IMG/VR virus record: IMGVR_UViG_3300042898_000321
Span: 1 to 39,908 of that record
Reading direction: 5' to 3' (one strand)
Origin: a virus
Lineage: Duplodnaviria > Caudoviricetes
Length of the DNA: 39,908 nt
The notes under the pieces: generated by a model
What the model saw: only the letters and a program-made list of their open reading frames with translations
Database searches by the model: none
Told to the model about the DNA's origin: nothing
Shown: positions 1 to 9,000 of the stretch, piece after piece
Numbering within the stretch: position 1 is the first letter of the stretch
Layout: each line of letters begins with the position of its first letter
Program-made: the position numbers and the translations under genes

Positions 1-326
1 TTTGTCTTGATGTAGACGTACTTGGCCTCGCCAGCGGCAATCGTGATGATGGTACTGGTGCCGCCAAAAGTCGTTACCGTGAAGCTGTTGGCACCCACGT
101 TGCGAATCAAGGCGTCGTTGCCAACCGAGGTCTGGTTGGCCGGGGGCATGTACAGGGACAGGCCTGCGGAGGACGCTGTGACGTCCATGATCCGAGCGGC
201 GTAGTCGTCCGTGGCGTTGCCGTTGATCGGCCACTGAAGCTGGGTGTTTGCCGCAAGCGTGACAGAGCGGTAAGAAACGTCCGTTGGCTGGATCACGTTT
301 CCGGTGAAGGGGCTGTTGTAACTCAT
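1..326 (-). CDS. Partial virion structural (tail) protein, runs off the window edge
   Basis: ATG at 326 after AAGGA SD; open frame MSYNSPFTGNVIQPTDVSYRSVTLAANTQLQWPING... to the window start; Thr/Ala/Gly-rich composition. Confidence 0.75.
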   Translation of the reverse strand, partial: MSYNSPFTGNVIQPTDVSYRSVTLAANTQLQWPINGNATDDYAARIMDVTASSAGLSLYMPPANQTSVGNDALIRNVGANSFTVTTFGGTSTIITIAAGEAKYVYIKT

Positions 327-335
327 GATTGATCC

Positions 336-971
336 TTAGCTGTCTACCGCCACGGCCTGTCGGTCGGCCACGCGAAGTTTGTCTTCTGCCACCAAAATGT
401 CCATGGACTGCTGGTACATGGCCTGCCACAACGGCACCCGCTCATCATTCTTGAGAAACGGCATGGCCTGAAGCAGCGTGCCGTACAACAGCGCCTGAGG
501 GGCATAGATGGTGAACCAGTTGGTCTGGTTGGACGAGTCCAGCGGCTGAAGGCGCTCGTAATAGAGCACCTCAAAGACGTAGTCGTCGTTGGGTGTTGGG
601 GCGACCATCCAGTGGGTGTAGTCGTAGTCGCAGTAAAACTTGGGGATGCCGTTGGCTGCTGGGTCGGGCCAATACTCGCGCAGGTACTCGTACTTGCGCA
701 GCAACACCGGGTAACGCTTTCCAGCCACGGTGATGTTCATGGACACCGTCTTGTGCCAGCGTGCGGGTTTGTCGATCACGTTGGCGTTCAGGGTCATGGT
801 GCTGCTCTGCACAGTCAAGTTGCCAAGGAACTTGATCTGGGAAGCAATGATCTGCTCCGCCAGCATGATGAACAGCGGGATCTTTTCGAGGGTGGCCGTG
901 TCGGTGCGCTCCAGATAGGACTGGACGTTCTCGACCAAGCTGTCATAAGTCATCACACTTGCAGTCGTCAT
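336..971 (-). CDS. Putative head-tail adaptor / tail tubular protein
   Basis: 211 aa; N-terminal TYDSL..V.SYL.R.D helix, P.FY...W.VAPTP and LLYGTL..A.PFL patterns typical of podophage adaptors; structural context. Confidence 0.6.
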   Translation of the reverse strand: MTTASVMTYDSLVENVQSYLERTDTATLEKIPLFIMLAEQIIASQIKFLGNLTVQSSTMTLNANVIDKPARWHKTVSMNITVAGKRYPVLLRKYEYLREYWPDPAANGIPKFYCDYDYTHWMVAPTPNDDYVFEVLYYERLQPLDSSNQTNWFTIYAPQALLYGTLLQAMPFLKNDERVPLWQAMYQQSMDILVAEDKLRVADRQAVAVDS

Positions 972-998
972 TCCAGATACCTTTCTTTTACAGCTTGA

Positions 999-1027
999 AT
1001 TTTAAGTCCCAGCCGGTTTTTTGTCAC
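999..1027 (-). promoter_or_regulatory. Putative sigma70 promoter GTGACA-17-TAAAAT
   Basis: In the AT-rich gap between lysozyme and adaptor genes; exact 17-bp spacer. Confidence 0.55.
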
Positions 1028-1058
1028 TTTTGCACAACGCCTTGGGCCATTTTCTCAC

Positions 1059-1574
1059 TTAACTCAGAAACAGCGCAATTTCGGCCTCCCGACGCTTGAC
1101 CAGCCCGGGAAGAACTTTGCCTCCGCCCTTGGTCCAAGCCCGGAACGCCTCGGCTGCGCCACCCCAGTCACCCCGGTTGGCCTTCATGCGGATGGTGCTG
1201 CGTTGTAGGTTGCCAAGGCCGAAGTTGAAACTTATAGAGACAAGAGCGTCAAAAGCGCCTTGACGCCCAACCACGCAGGGAACAAGACGAAGAACACCCC
1301 GTTCAAAAGTTCCGACATCAACTCGGAATAGTTCGTCGATCTCTTCTTTCGTCCAGACACGGTTGTCCTCCGGTTTCAGTGGGAACTCACTGCGGATCAT
1401 GGGGATGTCCTCTTTGGTCTTGCCCGGTGGCCGGACCATGGGAAGCCTGATCTGCTCTTGGTACAGGACATGGCCGTAGCCAATCGTCCAGATGTGTGCA
1501 GGGCAAAGGTAGGGCCGAGAGCGTTTGCCCTCGAACCGGTGCATCAGGTCTTCGCCTGCCCTGCTCAGTTTCAC
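1059..1574 (-). CDS. Endolysin, GH24 phage lysozyme
   Basis: Catalytic FEG-x7-C-x5-TIGYGH (E-x8-C-x5-T), FDALVS..FN.G and GLVKRR.AE motifs. Confidence 0.93.
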   Translation of the reverse strand: MKLSRAGEDLMHRFEGKRSRPYLCPAHIWTIGYGHVLYQEQIRLPMVRPPGKTKEDIPMIRSEFPLKPEDNRVWTKEEIDELFRVDVGTFERGVLRLVPCVVGRQGAFDALVSISFNFGLGNLQRSTIRMKANRGDWGGAAEAFRAWTKGGGKVLPGLVKRREAEIALFLS

Positions 1575-2077
1575 TTCTTGCTCCAGCCGCGAGAGCCGAA
1601 CCAGAAACCGATGATGCCGCCCAGCATTGCCATCTCGTCAGCGCTGAAGATCAGGTCGGCGTACTTGATGACGTCATCAATGTTGGTGATTAGGCCGGGG
1701 TGGTTCCACAGATACCAAGCCATGAAGGCGTTGATCAGAACCAGCTCCAGCACGAAGATGTAGGTCACCGTGGGGCGCACAGTGCCCACGTAGTTGGAAA
1801 CCCATGTGGAGGCCTTCTCAAGCACCTTGGCGTCGTGCTCAAGAGCTGCCTCGGTCATCCGGGCATCGGTCTCCATCTGGACCTGATCGGTGCGGACCTC
1901 TTCGATTTTCAGTTGGGCGGCAAAACCCTGCGCAGCCATAGCCAGCTCACGTTCGTTTTGGAGCGCCGCCAGCCGAAGCTCGTGCGCTTGGTCGGCCTTG
2001 TTCTGGAAGAATTCCAGAAGTTTTGGGAGACCGGAGATCAGCAAACCCCCAAGAGTTGAAAACAGTGAAAGCATCAA
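1571..2077 (-). CDS. Putative holin (3-TM holin-like)
   Basis: N-terminal hydrophobic helix, coiled coil, VRP.VTY-TM and TM ending IIGFWFGSR; overlaps the lysozyme start. Confidence 0.6.
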   Translation of the reverse strand: MMLSLFSTLGGLLISGLPKLLEFFQNKADQAHELRLAALQNERELAMAAQGFAAQLKIEEVRTDQVQMETDARMTEAALEHDAKVLEKASTWVSNYVGTVRPTVTYIFVLELVLINAFMAWYLWNHPGLITNIDDVIKYADLIFSADEMAMLGGIIGFWFGSRGWSKK

Positions 2078-2691
2078 TGACCCCTTTTAACAAGCATGTT
2101 TGCTGCAATGTCCAGCATGGAGTGGACGTGCTCCATGTTCTGCGGCTGCTCTACCCAGCCAGCCGTAATCTGCCCAATGAACCTGCTGCGATCTGGCGGT
2201 ATGCTGATACGGCAGGTGAACGAAACGCCCTGCGCAATATACCAAATGCCCAACTCCGACTGCGCCCTCAGATATGGACTGCACGGCGTCTCACCCGCCA
2301 TCAACTTCACCACGTCGTTGTTGTTTGCTACGTTCGTTGTGAACAGGCCAACATCCAAACCTTCCATCTCCTTACTGCGCCCGTCCTTGGTGTACAGGCG
2401 GTACAAGACCCGTGTGCCAAAAATTGGGTTGACCTTGAAGATGGCAACAAACTTGGCGTCGGTCTGTTTGAACAAAACACTTGCCGCATCGTCAACCCGA
2501 TCTTCGTGGATCACGGGCATCTTCTTGTTCTCTTGGTATGCACCAATCAGCACCGTCTGGTTCTGCCAGACAAAGTACCCGGCAAACGCAACCAGACCCA
2601 TGACGAGGATGGCGACCAGCTTAAAGGGTGAATCGACATAGGCCAGCACCTTGTCCAGCACGCCGAGGGCTTTATCGCCAGAATCCGCCAT
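2074..2691 (-). CDS. Single-TM membrane protein with periplasmic domain; possible T4 T-like holin or lysis regulator
   Basis: Amphipathic N-terminal helix, one TM, ~160-aa soluble domain with two Cys; located in the lysis cassette. Confidence 0.45.
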   Translation of the reverse strand: MADSGDKALGVLDKVLAYVDSPFKLVAILVMGLVAFAGYFVWQNQTVLIGAYQENKKMPVIHEDRVDDAASVLFKQTDAKFVAIFKVNPIFGTRVLYRLYTKDGRSKEMEGLDVGLFTTNVANNNDVVKLMAGETPCSPYLRAQSELGIWYIAQGVSFTCRISIPPDRSRFIGQITAGWVEQPQNMEHVHSMLDIAANMLVKRGH

Positions 2692-2779
2692 TCAAACTCC
2701 AGATCAACACTTTGGCGCACCACACCGCCATCCCAACAAGAAGGGCTGCTGCAATGAATGCTACGGCCCAGTCTCTCAT
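2672..2779 (-). CDS. 35-aa single-TM peptide (not in ORF track)
   Basis: MRDWAVAFIAAALLVGMAVWCAKVLIWSLNGGFWR; starts 2 nt after the upstream stop and fills the gap. Confidence 0.55.
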   Translation of the reverse strand: MRDWAVAFIAAALLVGMAVWCAKVLIWSLNGGFWR

Positions 2780-2781
2780 GA

Positions 2782-2982
2782 TCAGATGCCGAAGATCTTC
2801 TTGATGAACTCAGCCGCGACACCGGGGCCAAGCAACACGGCGGCAATCACTCCGTAAAGAAGGTACTCGATCTTGGTCATGCGCTTCTCGCCAGCGTCAA
2901 GAGAGTCGTTGATCTTCTCGTAGCGCTGGGCGCAAACAGCTTCGTGAACAGACATTCTTGTCTCCATCGACTCCTCCGCCAT
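2782..2982 (-). CDS. Small coiled-coil + TM protein (XhlA/holin-like)
   Basis: HEAVCAQRY...RMTKIE followed by a C-terminal TM; TGATG coupling with the upstream gene. Confidence 0.6.
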   Translation of the reverse strand: MAEESMETRMSVHEAVCAQRYEKINDSLDAGEKRMTKIEYLLYGVIAAVLLGPGVAAEFIKKIFGI

Positions 2983-3149
2983 CACTCACCCTCTTTCCCA
3001 GCTTCTGGTTCTTGAGGGGTCAATTGAGCATCGGCCTGAGTTTTGATTTTCATCGCCACGGGGTAGGCCCCTGATTTTGTCGGCAGCTCACTGAGGCCAG
3101 CAAGGATCAGGTTGATTTCATCAATGGTGAGGTGTTGCAAAACAATCAT
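2982..3149 (-). CDS. 55-aa hypothetical protein (not in ORF track)
   Basis: GGAG SD; MIVLQHLTIDEINLILAGLSELPTKSGAYPVAMKIKTQADAQL...; stop overlaps the next ATG. Confidence 0.7.
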   Translation of the reverse strand: MIVLQHLTIDEINLILAGLSELPTKSGAYPVAMKIKTQADAQLTPQEPEAGKEGE

Positions 3150-3164
3150 GGCTTCTCCGAATTT

Positions 3165-3770
3165 TTATGGCACTGCTGGTGTGGTGGTGTTTGTGGTGGT
3201 CACGGTATCCGTGCTGGTCACCACAGTTGGAGTAGCCGTATTGTCAGTAATACTGCCACCAGCAAGGCGACCACTGTTGCCAGAGTTTGACCCACTGTTT
3301 GCTCCTATCGAGTAAGAACCTGCACCGATTACACCATTGCCACCGATGGTTGTCACGTTGGCTGCGGGTGCTTGAATCTTGGATGCGATGCCCACGAAGG
3401 CATTGTTGGTGCTGATGCCCAGAGCAGTCGCGTTGTCAGACTGACGCATACCCAAGGATGTCTGTTTGTTGACCGTGTAAACCTGACCGATGGTTGGCAG
3501 CAACAGTCCAGTCCACTGCAAGGCGTGATCTGCCCATGACTTGGGAGCGTTGATCTGAGTGTTCTGCTGACCGCCACCCATCTGAAGAGACATGACCGCA
3601 GCGACCTTGGCAGTGGTGTCACCCTGTCGAGCAATGTCGGCCAGCGCTTGGAAACGTGCTGTTTGGGCCGCTGCTTGAGCTTTGTGGGCATCAGCGTAGG
3701 CAGCGTATTCAGAGTTGGTCGCGCAGCCGGTCAGGGCCAAAGCGCAGAGGATGATGGCGATCAGTTTCAT
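3165..3770 (-). CDS. Lipoprotein
   Basis: Signal peptide with lipobox MKLIAIILCALALTG-C; AGGAG SD. Confidence 0.8.
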   Translation of the reverse strand: MKLIAIILCALALTGCATNSEYAAYADAHKAQAAAQTARFQALADIARQGDTTAKVAAVMSLQMGGGQQNTQINAPKSWADHALQWTGLLLPTIGQVYTVNKQTSLGMRQSDNATALGISTNNAFVGIASKIQAPAANVTTIGGNGVIGAGSYSIGANSGSNSGNSGRLAGGSITDNTATPTVVTSTDTVTTTNTTTPAVP

Positions 3771-4015
3771 GGTTGCTCCTGTTGGTATTCCGAAGTGCTT
3801 TCATGCCATTTGCCTTTTGGGCAAGCAGTGGCTTTAAGGGAGGCCTTAAACTCAACAACGCAATTGCAAGCGCCACACTTCCTCTGGGAAATCAAAGGTA
3901 GTGATTGGATGTGTTCACACTCGCCGCATATCTGTAACCGCTCTTTTCGCACGGGAGCAGAGACAAAAAACACCAAGTGTTCTTTTGGAAAAGAATTTGA
4001 TTGAACTACTCTCAT
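3767..4015 (-). CDS. Small Cys-rich (metal-binding) hypothetical protein
   Basis: RL.IC..C, C..C.C and CP.GKW pattern. Confidence 0.65.
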   Translation of the reverse strand: MRVVQSNSFPKEHLVFFVSAPVRKERLQICGECEHIQSLPLISQRKCGACNCVVEFKASLKATACPKGKWHESTSEYQQEQP

Positions 4016-4018
4016 GCG

Positions 4019-4414
4019 TTACTCCGGGTAAACGGGGATCATAAAAGGAGTGCAGCTCCAGTCCAGCTTTTGCTCATCCCAAACACACTCTACATAGTCC
4101 GTTGGCATTGGCACGGGGGCCTCCCACAGGTATGAAAAGCTGTTTAGGGTCCAAGATGGGTATGGTTTCGGGGGGATAAAACCAATGCCATCCCAAGTAA
4201 ATCCGCCTCCCGCAAAGTTTTTGCGGAATGCCTTGGATTGATCTGGGTCGGGGGTGCTAGTGTTTGGCGTGTAGTAAACCCCGCCGCGTGTGTTGTAGCT
4301 GGTTTGAACCCAAGTAGCCGGGTCTCCCCATTTTCCGGTGTTGACTTCTTCTTGCTCAATGACCAGCACTTGCTGGACGACGTTGTTTTCGTCGATTTGT
4401 GCAAAATGGCTCAT
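4019..4414 (-). CDS. Tail-fibre-associated protein (assembly/chaperone-like)
   Basis: MSHFAQID..N.V..V, W.QTSYN, FRKNFAG, PPKPYPSW and WEAPVPMP motifs; ATGA-coupled to the Gly-rich adhesin. Confidence 0.6.
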   Translation of the reverse strand: MSHFAQIDENNVVQQVLVIEQEEVNTGKWGDPATWVQTSYNTRGGVYYTPNTSTPDPDQSKAFRKNFAGGGFTWDGIGFIPPKPYPSWTLNSFSYLWEAPVPMPTDYVECVWDEQKLDWSCTPFMIPVYPE

Positions 4415-5403
4415 GCTGTAAATGTCCCAGATGAATTGAAGGTATGGTATGTATATCCGCCAGAGGAGGTAATGGTGCCCCCCGTGCCCCGCTGCGCACC
4501 GGGATAGCGGATAACAACAATACCTGATCCACCTGAAGCAGCGGCAGTGTTTGGTGCGGATCTCCCGCCACCCGCTCCACGGTTTGCCGCTCCGTTGGTT
4601 GGGTTTTGCAACTGCTGGTTACAGCCAGAGTCAAAATACCGGAAACCTCCGTTGCCCCCGATACCAGAACCGCCAGCTCCAACAGAAGCCGCCCCGTCCA
4701 CACACCAATACGGGCAGTGAGCTGAACCACCGCCCCCACCGGCATAGACAACACCATTTAGCCATGTCAAACCAGAGCCGCCAGTGCCGCCGTTTGCGTA
4801 GTATTGGCTGGCGCTACCGGAACCACCCGCACTGCCCGCGCCACCGCCACCGCCTGTTCCCTCATTCGCTAGGCCCCCACCAGCGGTCGCCGATGCGTAA
4901 TTTCCGCCACTATTGCCAGTGCCCACACCGCCGCTGGCATACGAGGACCCACTGGGGTATGCAGAGCGCCACGCCCCGGAACCAGAACCACCTCCCGTGG
5001 TTGGACTAATAGGGTCAGGCCCAACGCCCTGCCCGTTACCTGCTCCACCATTGGTTCCATTGAAAGAGGATGGTGCAGTTGCGGCCCCAACCGTCACCGT
5101 ATACGCAGTTCCCGGTGCCATGTTTCCAGTTGTTGCCGCATAGCCCCCCGCCCCGCCAGCACCTCCACTAGCAGAAGCACCGCCGCCAACAACTAAATAT
5201 TCAATCGCGTAGGTGTTCGACTTCCCGTACAGAGAACTCATGCTCCACGAGGTGCCGCTGGTTGTGCTGACGCCCGCCAAAGTGCGGACGTTGGTCTGGT
5301 TCATTGAAATAGTCGCGGTCAGGCTCAGGCCAAGTTCTTGCGCAACACTGACTGGGCTTGATGTGCCCCCCATGTTCAGGGGGCCGCTTGCTGGCATTAC
5401 CAT
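4411..5403 (-). CDS. Glycine-rich receptor-binding adhesin (gp38-like architecture)
   Basis: N-terminal MPASG...VRTLAG..SG...MS.LYGKS attachment module followed by poly-Gly repeats and SG.V.IRY. Confidence 0.65.
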   Translation of the reverse strand: MVMPASGPLNMGGTSSPVSVAQELGLSLTATISMNQTNVRTLAGVSTTSGTSWSMSSLYGKSNTYAIEYLVVGGGASASGGAGGAGGYAATTGNMAPGTAYTVTVGAATAPSSFNGTNGGAGNGQGVGPDPISPTTGGGSGSGAWRSAYPSGSSYASGGVGTGNSGGNYASATAGGGLANEGTGGGGGAGSAGGSGSASQYYANGGTGGSGLTWLNGVVYAGGGGGSAHCPYWCVDGAASVGAGGSGIGGNGGFRYFDSGCNQQLQNPTNGAANRGAGGGRSAPNTAAASGGSGIVVIRYPGAQRGTGGTITSSGGYTYHTFNSSGTFTA

Positions 5404-5412
5404 GCTTGCTCC

Positions 5413-6024
5413 TTATGGGGTGCCGTAGGCGGTGATGTTGTCTGCGGAGATCAGAGCGCCTGTGCTGCTGAACGATGCGATCACGGTGGCACCGTACTTG
5501 ATCACGAGCTTACCGCTTTCCTCCACGATTGTGAAGTTGGTTGTTGTCAGGCTTGTGACGGAGCCGCCCAGCGTGATGTTTCCAGTCGATGTCACCGTGC
5601 CAGAGAGGGTAAGTCCGTTGGCCGATCCAGTGCCAGAAACCGAAGAAACAGACCCGCCGCCAGTGCCTGCGCCGATGGCTGTGCGGAAGTCTGCAGCACT
5701 CAGGGATGAGACGGTGTTGTCGGCGTTGAAGCGCGGGAATGTCACTGCGCTCGGGTTGCTGATCGTGAAGAGGTTGCCGCCCAGCGTGGTTGCACCGAAG
5801 TTGGTCCGTGCCGCTGATGCAGTTGTCGCGCCAGAGCCGCCATTCGCCACTGGAGTGATGTTGGCAGCAAGCAGCTTGACAGCGCCAGCCGAGTTCTTGA
5901 AGTACAGCTTCTCGTCGACTGTGTTGATTGCAAGCTCACCAGCAGCAAGATTGCCAGCGATTGGAACCGCAGCAGCCGTCGAGCTGCTGTAAAGCTGAAT
6001 TGGGGTGAATCCTGTCTGTGCCAT
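5413..6024 (-). CDS. Tail fibre / tail-associated protein
   Basis: P..L..GELAINT.D.KLY N-terminal module, V.NGG.GAT repeat, C-terminal ADNITAY. Confidence 0.65.
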   Translation of the reverse strand: MAQTGFTPIQLYSSSTAAAVPIAGNLAAGELAINTVDEKLYFKNSAGAVKLLAANITPVANGGSGATTASAARTNFGATTLGGNLFTISNPSAVTFPRFNADNTVSSLSAADFRTAIGAGTGGGSVSSVSGTGSANGLTLSGTVTSTGNITLGGSVTSLTTTNFTIVEESGKLVIKYGATVIASFSSTGALISADNITAYGTP

Positions 6025-6026
6025 GA

Positions 6027-9000
6027 TTATCCTTTTGCCTCAAGGGCGGCTATGCGGGCTTCGAGCGCAACAACACGTTCCGCCAACTTTACAGCAGCAA
6101 CAAGGGCTGCGTTGCCGTATGCGACAGACAAGAACCCATCAGCGTCAGTCTGCACGGTCTCGCCCAGCAGCTTCTGCCAGTCTTGCGCAGACACACCGGC
6201 CTGACGCTCTTCCGAATCGGTGCGGGTGTATGAGCCGTGCTTGACCTTCGCCAGACGATCAACAAAGTCTTCCGCAACAGGCTCCCAGTCTTTCTTGAGC
6301 CGCTCATCCGAGTAGGCCGTGACGTTGCCTGCCATCGTAAGATTGCCCGACATATCCATCTGAAAGCGGTTTGCAGAAGCAGACCAGCCGCCAAAGCGAA
6401 TTACGTTGTCTGAATCCAAACCAAAGTTGATAGCAAAAGCACCCGAACGGTGAAACGCCATGATTGCGCCGTTACCTCCGGTTGAGTATGCTTGAGGCCC
6501 AGTGGATGATGCGCTTGCAGTATTTCCGTTACCGGTAAATAGTTGTGTTGCCGTCCACGTATAGCTGCCCCCTACAGCATTGCTGATGCTATTTGTGTTC
6601 GATGCGTTTGATGCTGTAGCTGCGTTGCCAGAACATGAGGTGGAGGACCCGCTGATGTTCATCGCTTGACCGCTGATGAATGTGGCAACCGCTGCGGCAG
6701 TGCCTGAACGCAGATAAGCATCCCCAGCTTTCACCATCACAGCCGTAACGCCAGAAGCCTGCGAGTTATCGGTGGAGTTGAAATAGTTGTTGAAGATGTA
6801 GCCGTTTGCGTCACGCGCCACAATTGTGTTGGCCGCGCCCGCCGTAGCCGAGGCTGTTGTTGCCGAGTTCGGGATGCTAGTCAGGCCAGCGCCAGAGCCG
6901 GTGAACTGAGTTGTCGCGGTGATGGTGGTGCCGCGAACCGTTGCTGCCGTTGTAGCGCCAACAGTAGCCCCGTTGATGGTGCCGCCAGTGATCGCAACAG
7001 AGCTTGCCGCCTGAGTCGACATTGTCCCCAGACCCGAGATGTCGGTGTTCGGGATCGTCGATGAGGCAGTCATCGTGCTTGTGCCGTTACCCTTGACGTA
7101 GCCAGTCAGGGTCGTTGCACCTGTTCCGCCGTTTGCCGGGACAAGAGTGCCACCAAGGGTCAGGGTGCCGGACACAGTGATCGGGCCACCGCTCAAGGTC
7201 AGGCCTGTCGTGCCGCCAGATCCGCTGACGCTGGTCACCGTGCCGCCAGCGGCAGGGGTGGCGTTGATGGTGATGCCTCCAGCAGAGTTTGTGATCGAGA
7301 CGTTGGTGCCTGCTGTCAGGTTTGCCAGCGAGTAACCTGTGCCGTTACCGATTGCAAGCTGACCGTTCGACGGTGTTGCAGTCAAACCGGTTCCACCGTA
7401 GGCAACGCCAATCGCTGTAGCGTTCCATGCTCCAGACGTCAGGGTTCCAACGGCGGTGATGCCGGTGTAAGAGCCGCTGATACGGCCCGTAGGCAGTGTT
7501 CCGGAGGTGATGTTGGCTGCGTTGGTAGTGTCGGTCGTCGCAGAGGCTGCAAGGCCTGATACAGCGCCAGCAGCGATGGCAATCGAGGTGTTGGTGACCG
7601 ATGTCACTCGACCGTAGGTATCGACAGCGAACACTGGAACTTGCGATGCGGAGCCGTAGGTCGCAGCAGAGACGCCGGAGGTAGCCAAGGCCACCGTCAC
7701 CGCAGCAGAGCCGTCATAGCTTGTTCCAGTCAACCCTGTGCCGATGGTCAGGGCATTCGGGTTGGCCGCAGTGATGGTTGCAGACCCACCCAGAGAGATG
7801 GACGAGCCATTGACGGTGAAGGCGCTGTTTTGCAGTTGCGCGTTGGTCACAGCACCAGATGTGATCTGGTTGGCGTTGATGGCAATCGCTGTGTTGCTGG
7901 CGCTGGTCACCTGACCCTGCGCGTTGATCGCAAGCGTCGGGGTGCTCGACGCTGTGCCGTAGCTGGCTGCAGTCACACCAGTGTTGGTGATGCTGAACTG
8001 CGTTCCCGCAAGCGTCAGGCCAGTCCCGGCGCTGTAGATCTGCGCAGAGCTGATTTGAGCGAACGAGATGTTGGTCGTGCCAAAAACAATGACGCCAGTC
8101 GTGTTACAGGTGTAGGTCTCGCCTGAGCCTGTTGCGCCTTGCTGCACAAAAACGGTAGAGCCTTCGCTCAAGCCCGCTGCGCTGTTAATGACGTAGGTGT
8201 CCGCATCGGATGCACGGGTCAAGATCCAGTTGGTCGATCCAGAACCCACGTTTGTGACCACATAGATGCCGTTCTGCGTCTGGTTGGTCTGCTGATACAC
8301 CAGCACACGGTCGGCCACGCTGACGGTCACGCCGTCGATCACCAGAGCGGCTTGAGTGCCTGCATTGGTCAATGTTGCGCCCACACCGGCAGTGCCGTTG
8401 TTGTACGTCGCGTTCAGGTTGATTGGCGACTCGACGCGAACCGGCTGGTGGAAGTGAATGCCGCTTGCTGCAAGCGTGTCCACATAAGACTTGTTGACAA
8501 TGTCGGTGGCATTGACTGGCGTAGTACTGATCGTTCCGGTGGTGGTTGTTACCGAGGTGAACGTGCCTGCTGCGGCGGTTGATGCGCCGATGGCCGTTCC
8601 GTTGATCGACCCGCCAGTCACGGCCACGTTGTTGGCGTTCTGGGTGGACATGGTGCCCAGACCAGATACCTGAGTGTTTGCAATCGCAATGTTGGACTCA
8701 GACAGCGCAGTGAGCTGGCCTCTTGAGTTGACTGTTGCGCTCAGGGTTTTGCTGGCACCGCCAAAAGCCCCTGCCGTCACTCCAGTGTCGGTGATGGCAA
8801 TGGTGACCGGCGCAGAACCGTTGTAACTGGTGCCACTCAAACCGCCGTCGATGGTCAGTGCATTGGGGGCTGCTGCAGTTATCGTTGCCGATGCGCCCAA
8901 CGCGATTGAAGTCCCGTTGACGGTCACAGCGCTGTTTGCCAACTGAGCGTTGCTCACAGTGCCGGACAGATCGCTGGTTGGAACGGTCGGGCTGGCCGTC

